A model generated the notes under the pieces. That model was not told the origin of the DNA. It searched no databases and worked only from the letters and a program-made list of their open reading frames with translations. Positions 24,331 to 32,000 of a DNA stretch of 32,000 nucleotides are shown here, piece by piece; position 1 is the stretch's first letter; every line of letters begins with the position of its first letter. The stretch is from Breoghania sp. L-A4 (lineage in GTDB: Bacteria > Pseudomonadota > Alphaproteobacteria > Rhizobiales > Stappiaceae): contig NZ_CP031841.1 in assembly GCF_003432385.1 (NCBI RefSeq), positions 4,103,549 through 4,135,548 on the forward strand, given 5' to 3'. A program made the position numbers and the translations under genes.

Positions 24331-26652
24331 ATGAACCGGATCATCTGGGCCGACACGCTGTCCGACTACGCGCTGGCCGCGAGCGCCCATCGCAGGCTGG
24401 GTGCGTTTTGCGACGCCGCCGCCTGCTATCCGCTGTTGAGTTCAGCCTCCGGGGCCGCCCGGCTGCAGGCCGCCTTGCGTCCCTACGGGAGTGCTCTGAC
24501 CGCCTTTTCCGAGATTGTGCGCGGCGCGGATCCGGCGGACCGCGGCCGGTTTCTGGCCGCGCAGCTCGAATGGAGCGATGCCACCCCGATCAGCCTTGCC
24601 CCCGACGCCCCGCCGTCCGCTCTGCTGGACGCGCTCATGCGCTCGCTCGAGACCGGCCGCCCGATCGTCTTCGACGCGGCGGCGACGGGCGCCAAGAGGC
24701 CGCCCGCGCCGTCGCCCAGCATCGACGGCGCCAGGCTCATGATCGTGAACCGCAACAGCGCCCTGTCGCTGCCCGCCGCCCTCTATGCCGACGCCACCGG
24801 CAGGCGGCTGATCACGCTGGAGACGCTGGAGGACCTGGAACCGCAACTGTCCGGACAGCGCCCGGCGTCGGTCATGCTGGCGTCTGACCGCCACGATTTC
24901 ACCAAGAGCCGCCTGCAGGCGCTGCTGGCATGGAGCCAGGGCGCGGACGGGCCGGCCGATTTCGGAATTCTGTCCGGACGCTCGGCGAAGCAGGCGTCGG
25001 GCATCGTCGCGCGGCTGCTGATGCATCGCGATTTTCATGCCGGCGGCCAGAGCCTGATGCGGCCGCCGGATCTCGAACCGATCCCGGCCGCGGCAATGAC
25101 GCCGATGGAATATTACGTCATCGGCGCGCACGGCAACGAAATGCATCTCGATCACATGGACGACGAGGTGCTGTGCGGCGCCAACGCCGCGCCCGATCCC
25201 TCCGGCTTCGATTGCACGCGCAACTGCCCCTATGACAACCGCTTCGCGGCCCGCGAGATCCCCGCCCACGCATTACTGTTGCTCAGCTGCGACGCCTTCA
25301 CCCTGGCCGATGGCCTGGCGCCGCCCGGCGTCAATCTGCTTATGAGCCTTCTCGACGGCATGGCCGCGAGCGTGCTCGCGCCCTTCAAGCACGTCCAGTT
25401 CAACGAAGGCCTCATTCTGCTGGCCGGCGCGCTGCTCAAGGGCGGATTTTCGCTCGGCGGCATCGCCCGGCGGCTGAACGAGAGGGCGCGCAACGGCACG
25501 CTGCCCGATCCCGCCTATCTGGTGCTCGGCGATCCGGAACTGACCATGGCCGCGCAAGACCCCATCGTTGCGGCGCGGGTCGCGCCCGAGCCGGGCGGGC
25601 TTGTCCTGGAGCTGCGCTCGAACGGCGCGCCGGCGCTCGAAACCACCATCGCGTATGATCCCGACGATACAGACGGACCCTTGCCGCCGCTAGCGCTGGA
25701 GCCGCTCGGCGAGACGCTGCGCGATCCCGACATCTTCTACACGCTGACCCCGCGCCCCGCCGCCCGCGCGCTGACAATCACGCTGTTCGCCCGCGACCGG
25801 CTCCCCAAGGGCCCGCTGCTGTTTCGCGTCGAGCAGGCCGCGCGCCTGGGGCCGGTCGACCATGACGACATCCTGGGCCGGCTGAACCGCCTGTCGCTGA
25901 TCTCCGAGATCGGGCTGGACAACCGCGCGGCAAGGTGCGCGAAAGCCAGCATCCTGTCGTTCCTGCGCGCAGCCGCCGGCTTTCCCCGCCCGGTCGAACT
26001 GGCCATGGGCCAGTCGATGGTGCGCAACATCGATGCGCTCGTGGCTGCCGATTTCAAGAGCCTGCGCCGCGCCTCCCTGCGCGCCATGCTCGAGGAACTG
26101 GAACACAAGCGGGTCTGGATCAGCCAGCGCTACGCCCATGCCTATCCGCACATCGCGCGCGCGGGCCCGCGGGCCGACGGCGTCTGTCCGCATTGCGCAG
26201 AGCACACCACCTGCTGGCGCTACGAAGACACCTGCCTGCATTTCCCGCCGCGCAGGCTGTGGGTGTGCAACCAATGCGGCATCATCGCCGACGTTCCGGC
26301 CGAGCCCACCGCCACCATCGCGCTCGCCACCGTCGCGGCCCTGCCCGCGCCCACCCAACGGCAGACCTTCACCATCGCCAATTGCACGCAGGACCCGCTG
26401 GGCATCGGCTATTGCCTGCATTTCAACGCCTGGGGACAGCTCGGCATCAAGGCGGACGGCAACATCGGCGAGGCGACGCTGGCGCCGGGCGAGGAGATCG
26501 AGCGCACCGCCACCTTCCACTTCCCCGAGGGCTTTCCCGACGACGTCGTCTCCATGCAGTTCTTCGCCATGACCGACGCGATGGATCTGTATTTCCTCAG
26601 CCAGAAGATGCGCGCCCAGGTGCGCCACGTCCAAAGAGGTCAGACGCCATGA
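24331..26652 (+). CDS. Putative clan CD (caspase/gingipain C25/CHAT-like) cysteine peptidase with zinc-ribbon-like C-terminal region
   Basis: MNRIIWADTLSDYALAASAHRR...; YYVIGAHGNEMHLDH (His-Gly) and HALLLLSCDAFTL (hydrophobic strand-Cys), followed by PDPAYLVLGDPELTM; C-terminal CPHC...CNQC pairs. Confidence 0.65.
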   Translation: MNRIIWADTLSDYALAASAHRRLGAFCDAAACYPLLSSASGAARLQAALRPYGSALTAFSEIVRGADPADRGRFLAAQLEWSDATPISLAPDAPPSALLDALMRSLETGRPIVFDAAATGAKRPPAPSPSIDGARLMIVNRNSALSLPAALYADATGRRLITLETLEDLEPQLSGQRPASVMLASDRHDFTKSRLQALLAWSQGADGPADFGILSGRSAKQASGIVARLLMHRDFHAGGQSLMRPPDLEPIPAAAMTPMEYYVIGAHGNEMHLDHMDDEVLCGANAAPDPSGFDCTRNCPYDNRFAAREIPAHALLLLSCDAFTLADGLAPPGVNLLMSLLDGMAASVLAPFKHVQFNEGLILLAGALLKGGFSLGGIARRLNERARNGTLPDPAYLVLGDPELTMAAQDPIVAARVAPEPGGLVLELRSNGAPALETTIAYDPDDTDGPLPPLALEPLGETLRDPDIFYTLTPRPAARALTITLFARDRLPKGPLLFRVEQAARLGPVDHDDILGRLNRLSLISEIGLDNRAARCAKASILSFLRAAAGFPRPVELAMGQSMVRNIDALVAADFKSLRRASLRAMLEELEHKRVWISQRYAHAYPHIARAGPRADGVCPHCAEHTTCWRYEDTCLHFPPRRLWVCNQCGIIADVPAEPTATIALATVAALPAPTQRQTFTIANCTQDPLGIGYCLHFNAWGQLGIKADGNIGEATLAPGEEIERTATFHFPEGFPDDVVSMQFFAMTDAMDLYFLSQKMRAQVRHVQRGQTP

Positions 26653-27935
26653 CGACACCCGACGCGGCCCAACGGCCCGACAGCTTCATCGCCATACTGG
26701 ATCCCGGCACCGCGCACTTCCGCTACCTGCGCAGCGCGCGCGAGATGGGGTACAAGACCATCGTGATGAGCGCCGATCCGGACGCCTATCGGGCGGAGCA
26801 AGCGCTCTACAAGCAGCGGGTTCCGGAATACGACGAGGCCTGGACCGATGTCTTCGTGCCCTACGACTCGCCCGATCCGGACACGCTGACGCGTCTTCTG
26901 GAGCCCTATCGCGGGCGCATCGCCGGGGTAATCGCGGGCGACGAATTCCCCGTCCCGGCCGCAGCAAGGCTCGGCCGCGCGCTCGGCTTCAACTACGCCA
27001 CGCCCGAGGACGCGGACTGCCAGCGCGACAAATCCGCGATGAAGCGCCGGCTGATCGAGCGCGGCGTTCCCACCGCGCGCTACCGCACGGCCGAAAGCCT
27101 CCCCGACGCGCTCGCAACCTGGGAGGCGTTCGGCGGCGACTGCATGGTCAAGATGGTCGACTACGCCTCGAGCTTCAACGTCTTCCGCGTGCGCAGCCGT
27201 GAGGAGCTGGAGAACGCCTGGTACACGATCGTCGAGAACCGGCGCGGGCTGCAGGTCGCCTTCGATCTGGCGCAGAAGGTGATCGTGGAGGAGTTCATCG
27301 GCGGGCGGGAACTGACCGTCGAGGGTTATGTGCAGGACGGCCGCGTCGAGGTGCTCAACTTCTGCGAGAAGATCACCAACGAGAATTTTCTCGTCATCGG
27401 CCACTATATCCCCGCCCGCGTCACCAAGGCGGAAAGCGACGCGCTCGCCGGCATCGCCCGGCAATGCGTCGCGGCGCTTGGCGTCCAGAACACCATCTTC
27501 CACGCGGAAGTGCACCTGCGCGACGGCCAGCCCTTCATCATCGAATGCGCGGCGCGCACGCCGGGGCAGCATTCGGTCGAGATCATCGAGCGCACCTATG
27601 GCATCGATCTGATGACCATCAACATCGATCTGGCGATGGGCCGGTTCGTCAGCACCCGCAGGCGCCCGCCCGAGGCCTGGCACGCGCTGCTGGCGCTCTA
27701 CGCCACTGAGAGCGGGACGCTCAAGGAAATCAAAGGGCTGGAGGCGCTCAAACAGCGCGAGGATCTGGTCTGGCTGGCGCTGGACGTGGCGCCGGGCCAG
27801 CCGGTGCGCAAGCTGGAAACCTTCAAGGACCTGTGCGGCCTGGCGGTGGTCGGCGGCCCCGCGCCCGAGGACGCCGAAGCCGGGTACTGCTGGATCCGCG
27901 AAAACCTCGTCTTCGTCGTCGAGGACGGCGCATGA
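26649..27935 (+). CDS. ATP-grasp domain carboxylate-amine ligase
   Basis: MGYKTIVMSADPDAYR; CMVKMVDYASSFNVFRV, KVIVEEFIGGRELTVEGYV, FHAEVHLRDGQPFIIECAARTPGQHS; starts with an ATGA overlap with the upstream CDS. Confidence 0.85.
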   Translation: MTTPDAAQRPDSFIAILDPGTAHFRYLRSAREMGYKTIVMSADPDAYRAEQALYKQRVPEYDEAWTDVFVPYDSPDPDTLTRLLEPYRGRIAGVIAGDEFPVPAAARLGRALGFNYATPEDADCQRDKSAMKRRLIERGVPTARYRTAESLPDALATWEAFGGDCMVKMVDYASSFNVFRVRSREELENAWYTIVENRRGLQVAFDLAQKVIVEEFIGGRELTVEGYVQDGRVEVLNFCEKITNENFLVIGHYIPARVTKAESDALAGIARQCVAALGVQNTIFHAEVHLRDGQPFIIECAARTPGQHSVEIIERTYGIDLMTINIDLAMGRFVSTRRRPPEAWHALLALYATESGTLKEIKGLEALKQREDLVWLALDVAPGQPVRKLETFKDLCGLAVVGGPAPEDAEAGYCWIRENLVFVVEDGA

Positions 27936-27963
27936 CGCGGGGTAATGCGCGACGATGACAAAA

Positions 27964-28025
27964 CGGGCGGGCCATACCGACCCGCCCGGTCCGTAACGGG
28001 GCCTCCCGGTTGCCCCGGGAGGCCC
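27964..28025. terminator. Two tandem strong hairpins between convergent genes (factor-independent termination uncertain)
   Basis: CGGGCGGG(27964-27971)/CCCGCCCG(27981-27988) and an 11-bp perfect stem GGGCCTCCCGG(27999-28009)/CCGGGAGGCCC(28015-28025); no clear T-run. Confidence 0.5.
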
Positions 28026-28033
28026 TGATCACG

Positions 28034-28255
28034 TTACCAGCAGGCCGCCACGAGCGCGCCGACATGCTCGTTGGAAACGCGCAGCTTGTCGGACATGCCC
28101 TGAAGCTCGGCCGCGGCCGTCGCCTTCACGATGCCGCGCTGAAGCTGGAGACGTTCCTCGGCCGCGCTGATGCGCGCGAGTTCCTCGTGATAGGATTCCA
28201 GCGTGCTCAGAAGAGCATCGTGGGTCGACTGATGAAGATCGGAAATTTTCGCCAT
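28034..28255 (-). CDS. Small 73-aa protein, possible precursor/substrate peptide
   Basis: MAKISDLHQSTHDALLSTLESYHEELARISAAEERLQLQRGIVKATAAAELQGMSDKLRVSNEHVGALVAACW; GGAGG ~9 nt upstream of ATG 28255. Confidence 0.6.
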   Translation of the reverse strand: MAKISDLHQSTHDALLSTLESYHEELARISAAEERLQLQRGIVKATAAAELQGMSDKLRVSNEHVGALVAACW

Positions 28256-28591
28256 AACACGTCCTCCGTGCAGAAATAGGGGAATAGCAACAAGGGCCGC
28301 GGGAAACCCGCCCGATGCCCGCCGGTCCGCGCCGGAACGGCCCTGCCGGCAGGCTCCGCAGACGCGACGTCCCCGAAGCAGGCACGCCGACACCATCGGC
28401 ATTACCTTGGTACATAAGTAACAGTATATTCGATTCCGGTCAATCACGGCGCGCCGGCCCCCGGAACGCGCGCCCGCCGGCCGGCGAACAAGCCCGGTGC
28501 CTGACGATCGCCGCGATCTGTGTTACAGACGGTTGAAACGACAGGCTGAATTTTGAGGCTGCTGATAAAACCGAGGTCCGTCGATCGTCGT

Positions 28592-28610
28592 CCTCGGCCT
28601 TGTGCCGAGG
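28592..28610. repeat. Short intergenic hairpin CCTCGGC-cttgt-GCCGAGG
   Basis: Perfect 7-bp inverted repeat read directly, part of a ...cgtcctcggcc...gaggatccatg sequence. Confidence 0.5.
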
Positions 28611-28782
28611 ATCCATGTTTTCAACGGCTTATGGATACTCGGGACAAACCCGCGTATGACGAGCGGGAGAACCCGAGACGTTGTCAGCAGTCTGTTGTGA
28701 CTTCTGATTTGGATTTCACATTTTCCAGCCGGCGGCACGCCAACCGGACGGAACGCCGACAGCAAGCAAGGCATGGCACGCG

Positions 28783-29082
28783 ATGACCGAGACGAAAAAG
28801 CCCGCACGCAAACCGGCGAGCGCATCAACGGGGAAGATCACGGTTGACCGGGTGCAGACCGGCGTGCGGATCGAAAAGCGCATTCTGAAGGTGCTGAAGG
28901 CGATCGCCGAATATTACGACATTTCCGTCGGCGAGTTGATCGAGGGCATCGTGCTGCACTCGTTTGAAGGCGACTGCGCCTTTGACGAAGGCGCGGTGAA
29001 GCGCATCACCCAGCTCAAGGCGATCTACGATCTCGATCTCGATTCAACCGCCGCCCACCGGCTGACCGACACGAGCGACTGA
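28783..29082 (+). CDS. Small ribbon-helix-helix-like protein
   Basis: 99 aa; VRIEKRILKVLKAIAEYYDISVGELIEGIVLHSFEG is RHH-like. Confidence 0.55.
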   Translation: MTETKKPARKPASASTGKITVDRVQTGVRIEKRILKVLKAIAEYYDISVGELIEGIVLHSFEGDCAFDEGAVKRITQLKAIYDLDLDSTAAHRLTDTSD

Positions 29083-29115
29083 CGCGCGGGCGGGCCGGCG
29101 CGCATCGGCGCGCTG

Positions 29116-29916
29116 TCACCGGGGTCCGAGCACCTGCGCCAGCGGCAGCGCCTGGCTGGGTTTCTCGACGAGATCCAGGCCCGAGTGCAGATCGACGATG
29201 TGGCTCTTCATCAGCTCGTCCGCCTGGGTCGCGTCGCGATCCGCGAAGGCCTGGATCAGCGCATGATGCGAATGGCTCTCGCAGGCGGTGTCCGCCCGCT
29301 TCCAGTAGAGCCCGATGATCAGCGACGAGCGCGAGATCAGCGAGCGCACCATGCGCGCGAAGATCTGCTGCTGCGCGATATCCGCGATGGCGATGTGAAA
29401 CAGCCCCGACAGCGACAGCGCCTTGCCCATGTCGCCGGCGTGCAGCGCCACATGCTCGGCATCGATATGGGCCTTCAGACGCGCGACGTCGTCGTCGGTC
29501 ATCAGCTGCGCCGCCGTGCGCGCCACGCGCGGCTCGATCAACGCGCGGGCCTCGAACACCTCGTGCGCCTCGCGGATCGTCGGCCTCGAGACAAAGGCGC
29601 CGCGGTTACGCTCGATCGCGACAAGGCCGGAATGCGCCAGCGCCTGAAGGGCTGCGCGCACCACGGTGCGCGAGGCGCCGTAAATCTCGCCCACTTCATC
29701 TTCGGAGAGTTTGGTGCCCGGGCCGAGCCGGTGCTCCAGAATGGCGCGCTGCAGGTTGAGGCAGATGTCCAGCGCCCGTCCGGGGGGCAGCGAAAACGCC
29801 TCCTCGAAGCCATGCGCCGTCACCAGCGCCGCAGCCTCCCGTACCGCCTCCAGGGACATGATGGTCTCGCTTTCACTCTTGCCTGAATTCGATATAGCAC
29901 CTCCTCCGCGCCGCAC
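29116..29916 (-). CDS. GntR family (FadR/FCD subfamily) transcriptional regulator
   Basis: GPGTKLSEDEVGEIYGASRTVVRAALQALAHSGLVAIERNRGAFV winged HTH followed by an FCD-like all-helical domain (FEARALIEPRVARTAAQ...HHALIQAFADRDATQADELMKSHI). Confidence 0.85.
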   Translation of the reverse strand: MRRGGGAISNSGKSESETIMSLEAVREAAALVTAHGFEEAFSLPPGRALDICLNLQRAILEHRLGPGTKLSEDEVGEIYGASRTVVRAALQALAHSGLVAIERNRGAFVSRPTIREAHEVFEARALIEPRVARTAAQLMTDDDVARLKAHIDAEHVALHAGDMGKALSLSGLFHIAIADIAQQQIFARMVRSLISRSSLIIGLYWKRADTACESHSHHALIQAFADRDATQADELMKSHIVDLHSGLDLVEKPSQALPLAQVLGPR

Positions 29917-30104
29917 AATCTAAATCGTATACAAAATTTGTGCATTTCGTATTCGATATGAGCAAAAATTGTGCACGCATGCGGGCAATTGCTGCCCTGG
30001 AAAATAAAATTCAACAAATACAAAATCTTACAGGCCCGCTCATTCTGGCATGGCGGTTGCAAACCCCTCGCCCTGTCAGTCACCAGAGGGGCGTGCGCGT
30101 GCCA

Positions 30105-31115
30105 ATGACCACATCCACGATGCAAAGTTCGGGGCAGAACATGGAACTGGAGCTCGTCGCCACCACCAAGCGCTACGGCGACACGCTGGCGGTCGAGGCG
30201 ATCGGCCACCGCTTCAAGGCCAACACCTACTCCTGTCTTCTGGGGCCGTCGGGCTGCGGCAAGTCCTCGACGCTGCGAATGATCGCCGGCCACGAGCATG
30301 TCAGCTCCGGCGACATCCTGCTGGGCGGCAAGAACATCACCAATCTGCCGCCGGCCGCGCGCGGCACCGCGATGATGTTCCAGAATTACGCCCTGTTCCC
30401 GCATCTCTCGATCGCCGACAACGTGGCCTTCAGCCTGAAGATGAAGGGCACGCCCAAGGCGACGCGGCTGGCCCGCGCGCACGAGCTTCTCGAACTCGTC
30501 GACATGCAGGAGTTTGGCGCGCGCTTTCCCAACCAGCTCTCCGGCGGCCAGCAGCAGCGCATCGCTCTGGCCCGCGCACTGATCACCGAGCCCTCCGCCC
30601 TGCTGCTCGACGAGCCGCTGTCCGCGCTCGATCCGTTCCTGCGCATCCGCATGCGCGTGGAGCTCAAGCGGCTGCAGCGCGAACTCGGCATCTCGTTTGT
30701 GCACGTGACGCATTCGCAGGACGAGGCGCTGGCGCTGGCCGACAGCATCATCGTCATGAACGCGGGACGCATCGAGCAGGCGGGCTCCCCGCACGAGGTC
30801 TTCAACGCCCCGCGCACCGAATTCGTGGCCCGCTTCATCGGCGGCCACAACATCCTGCACGACGCCTCCGGACCCAAGGCGATCCGCGCCGACCGGCTCA
30901 CCGTCGCCCAGACCAGGGCGGGCGACGCGCTCGCGGCCACCGTGCGCGGCATCGAGTATCTGGGCACGACGGTCAATCTCTCCGTCGACGCGGGCGCGGC
31001 GGGCGACCTCACCGCCACGCTGCCCGACGACGCGTTCTTCAAGAACCCCATGGAACCGGGCGCTTCCGTCTTCGTCAGCTGGAAACCGGAAGACGCCCAC
31101 CCGCTTGCGGCCTGA
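30105..31115 (+). CDS. ABC transporter ATP-binding protein, spermidine/putrescine (PotA)-like
   Basis: GPSGCGKSSTLRMIAG (Walker A), NQLSGGQQQRIALARAL (signature), ALLLDEPLSALD (Walker B), C-terminal TOBE-like region. Alternative start ATG 30141 (MELELVATTKRYG). Confidence 0.9.
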   Translation: MTTSTMQSSGQNMELELVATTKRYGDTLAVEAIGHRFKANTYSCLLGPSGCGKSSTLRMIAGHEHVSSGDILLGGKNITNLPPAARGTAMMFQNYALFPHLSIADNVAFSLKMKGTPKATRLARAHELLELVDMQEFGARFPNQLSGGQQQRIALARALITEPSALLLDEPLSALDPFLRIRMRVELKRLQRELGISFVHVTHSQDEALALADSIIVMNAGRIEQAGSPHEVFNAPRTEFVARFIGGHNILHDASGPKAIRADRLTVAQTRAGDALAATVRGIEYLGTTVNLSVDAGAAGDLTATLPDDAFFKNPMEPGASVFVSWKPEDAHPLAA

Positions 31116-31238
31116 CCGCAAAATCCTCCGGCCGCGCGCGGCCGGGGGCCATCCCGCACCGGGACCCTTCACCGACACCAGATCATCCCAGGCCCCAAGG
31201 CATCACGGGCCGAACCGCAGAAAACAGGAGCAAGAGCC

Positions 31239-32000
31239 ATGACGACAGGGAACGACAAGACAACGTTCAGCCGCCGCACCATGCTGAAGGGCGGCGCCGC
31301 CATCACGGGCGCCGCCATCGGCTCCGGCGCCGTGACCGGCTTCCCGACCATCTGGGCGCAGAACATCAAGGACGTCACGCTGCGCCAGTTCGGCACCGGC
31401 GTGTCGAACCTCAATGAAGTGGCGCAGAAGGTGAAGGAAGACCTCGGCTTCACGCTGGAGATGACGGCGCTCGATTCCGACAGCGTGACCCAGCGCGCCG
31501 CCACCCAGCCCAAGAGCTTCGACATCGCCGACATCGAGTACTGGATCTGCAAGAAGGTCTGGGGCGCGGGCAACCTGCAGGCGATGGACACCTCCAAGAT
31601 CAAGAACTACGACAAGATCGTCGGCACGTTCAAGAGCGGCAAGCTGACCCCCGAAAGCGTGATCGCCCAGGGCACCGCGCCGCACACGGTCGGCTTCACG
31701 TCGGGTCCGGACGGCAAGGATTTCGTCGCCGAGGAATCCGGCTGGATGACGCTGATCCCGACCATCTACAACGCCGATACGCTGGGCATCCGCCCCGACC
31801 TCATCGGCCGTCCGATCGACACATGGGCCGAGCTTCTGAACCCGGAGTTCAAGGGCAAGGCGTCGATCCTCGACATCTCGTCGATCGGCATCATGGACAT
31901 GGCGATGGTTGTCGAGGCGATGGGCGAATACAAGTATCCCGACAAGGGCAACATGACCCGCGAAGAGATCGACAAGACGCTCGGCATCTTCACCGAAGCC
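31239..32000 (+). CDS. Tat-exported extracellular solute-binding protein of an ABC importer (truncated by window end)
   Basis: MTTGNDKTTFSRRTMLKGGAAITGAAIGSGAVTGFPTIWAQNIKDVTLRQFGTG; twin-arginine signal; follows the ATPase gene directly. Confidence 0.85.
   Translation, partial: MTTGNDKTTFSRRTMLKGGAAITGAAIGSGAVTGFPTIWAQNIKDVTLRQFGTGVSNLNEVAQKVKEDLGFTLEMTALDSDSVTQRAATQPKSFDIADIEYWICKKVWGAGNLQAMDTSKIKNYDKIVGTFKSGKLTPESVIAQGTAPHTVGFTSGPDGKDFVAEESGWMTLIPTIYNADTLGIRPDLIGRPIDTWAELLNPEFKGKASILDISSIGIMDMAMVVEAMGEYKYPDKGNMTREEIDKTLGIFTEA

Noticed and set aside
26640-27683. 347-aa minus-strand ORF
   Set aside because: Antisense to the ATP-grasp gene, which has clear family motifs.
12157-28255. Firm RiPP biosynthetic gene cluster annotation
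   Set aside because: Maturase-like genes are present but no precursor is proven; the 73-aa ORF is only a candidate, so RiPP is kept as a hypothesis.
30050-31417. 455-aa plus-strand ORF in another frame of the ABC ATPase gene
   Set aside because: Low-complexity RA-rich translation; the overlapping frame encodes Walker A/B and signature motifs.
1-32000. CRISPR arrays, tRNA/rRNA genes, transposase or phage genes
   Set aside because: None recognised on visual reading; repeats present are palindromic intergenic elements without regular spacer structure.

Overview
A ~32 kb, GC-rich window that looks alphaproteobacterial. Coordinates 1-7.2 kb hold a catabolic/transport module: a truncated FAD monooxygenase, an IclR regulator, a TAXI-type TRAP fused permease with its binding protein, and a ThDP enzyme. 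7.5-10.8 kb is a polyamine module: homospermidine synthase, a GNAT acetyltransferase and a type III-fold ornithine decarboxylase with a long leader. 11.4-11.9 kb encodes a small acidic DUF3775-like protein. 12.1-27.9 kb is the most interesting part, an unusual gene set in two divergent transcription units. The minus-strand unit runs from 23.6 kb down to 12.2 kb: SPASM radical SAM, HemW-like radical SAM, AmmeMemoRadiSam-type radical SAM, class I SAM methyltransferase, a membrane HgcA-like corrinoid domain fused to an HgcB-like 2x[4Fe-4S] ferredoxin, a DUF2817/M14-like hydrolase with an unresolved 5' end, an unassigned protein, an E1/ThiF-like domain fused to an alpha/beta hydrolase, and a second alpha/beta hydrolase. 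The plus-strand unit encodes a caspase/gingipain/CHAT-like putative peptidase with a zinc-ribbon-like region, overlapping by 4 nt an ATP-grasp ligase. A 73-aa ORF with a strong SD and a C-terminal Ala-Ala-Cys-Trp lies just beyond and is a tentative substrate candidate. I could not run any search; family calls come from motif recognition. The remainder (28.8-32 kb) is a small RHH-like protein, a GntR/FCD regulator, and the ATPase and Tat-exported binding protein of a spermidine/putrescine-type ABC importer. Several palindromic intergenic repeat families are present. I recognised no CRISPR array, tRNA, rRNA or transposase.
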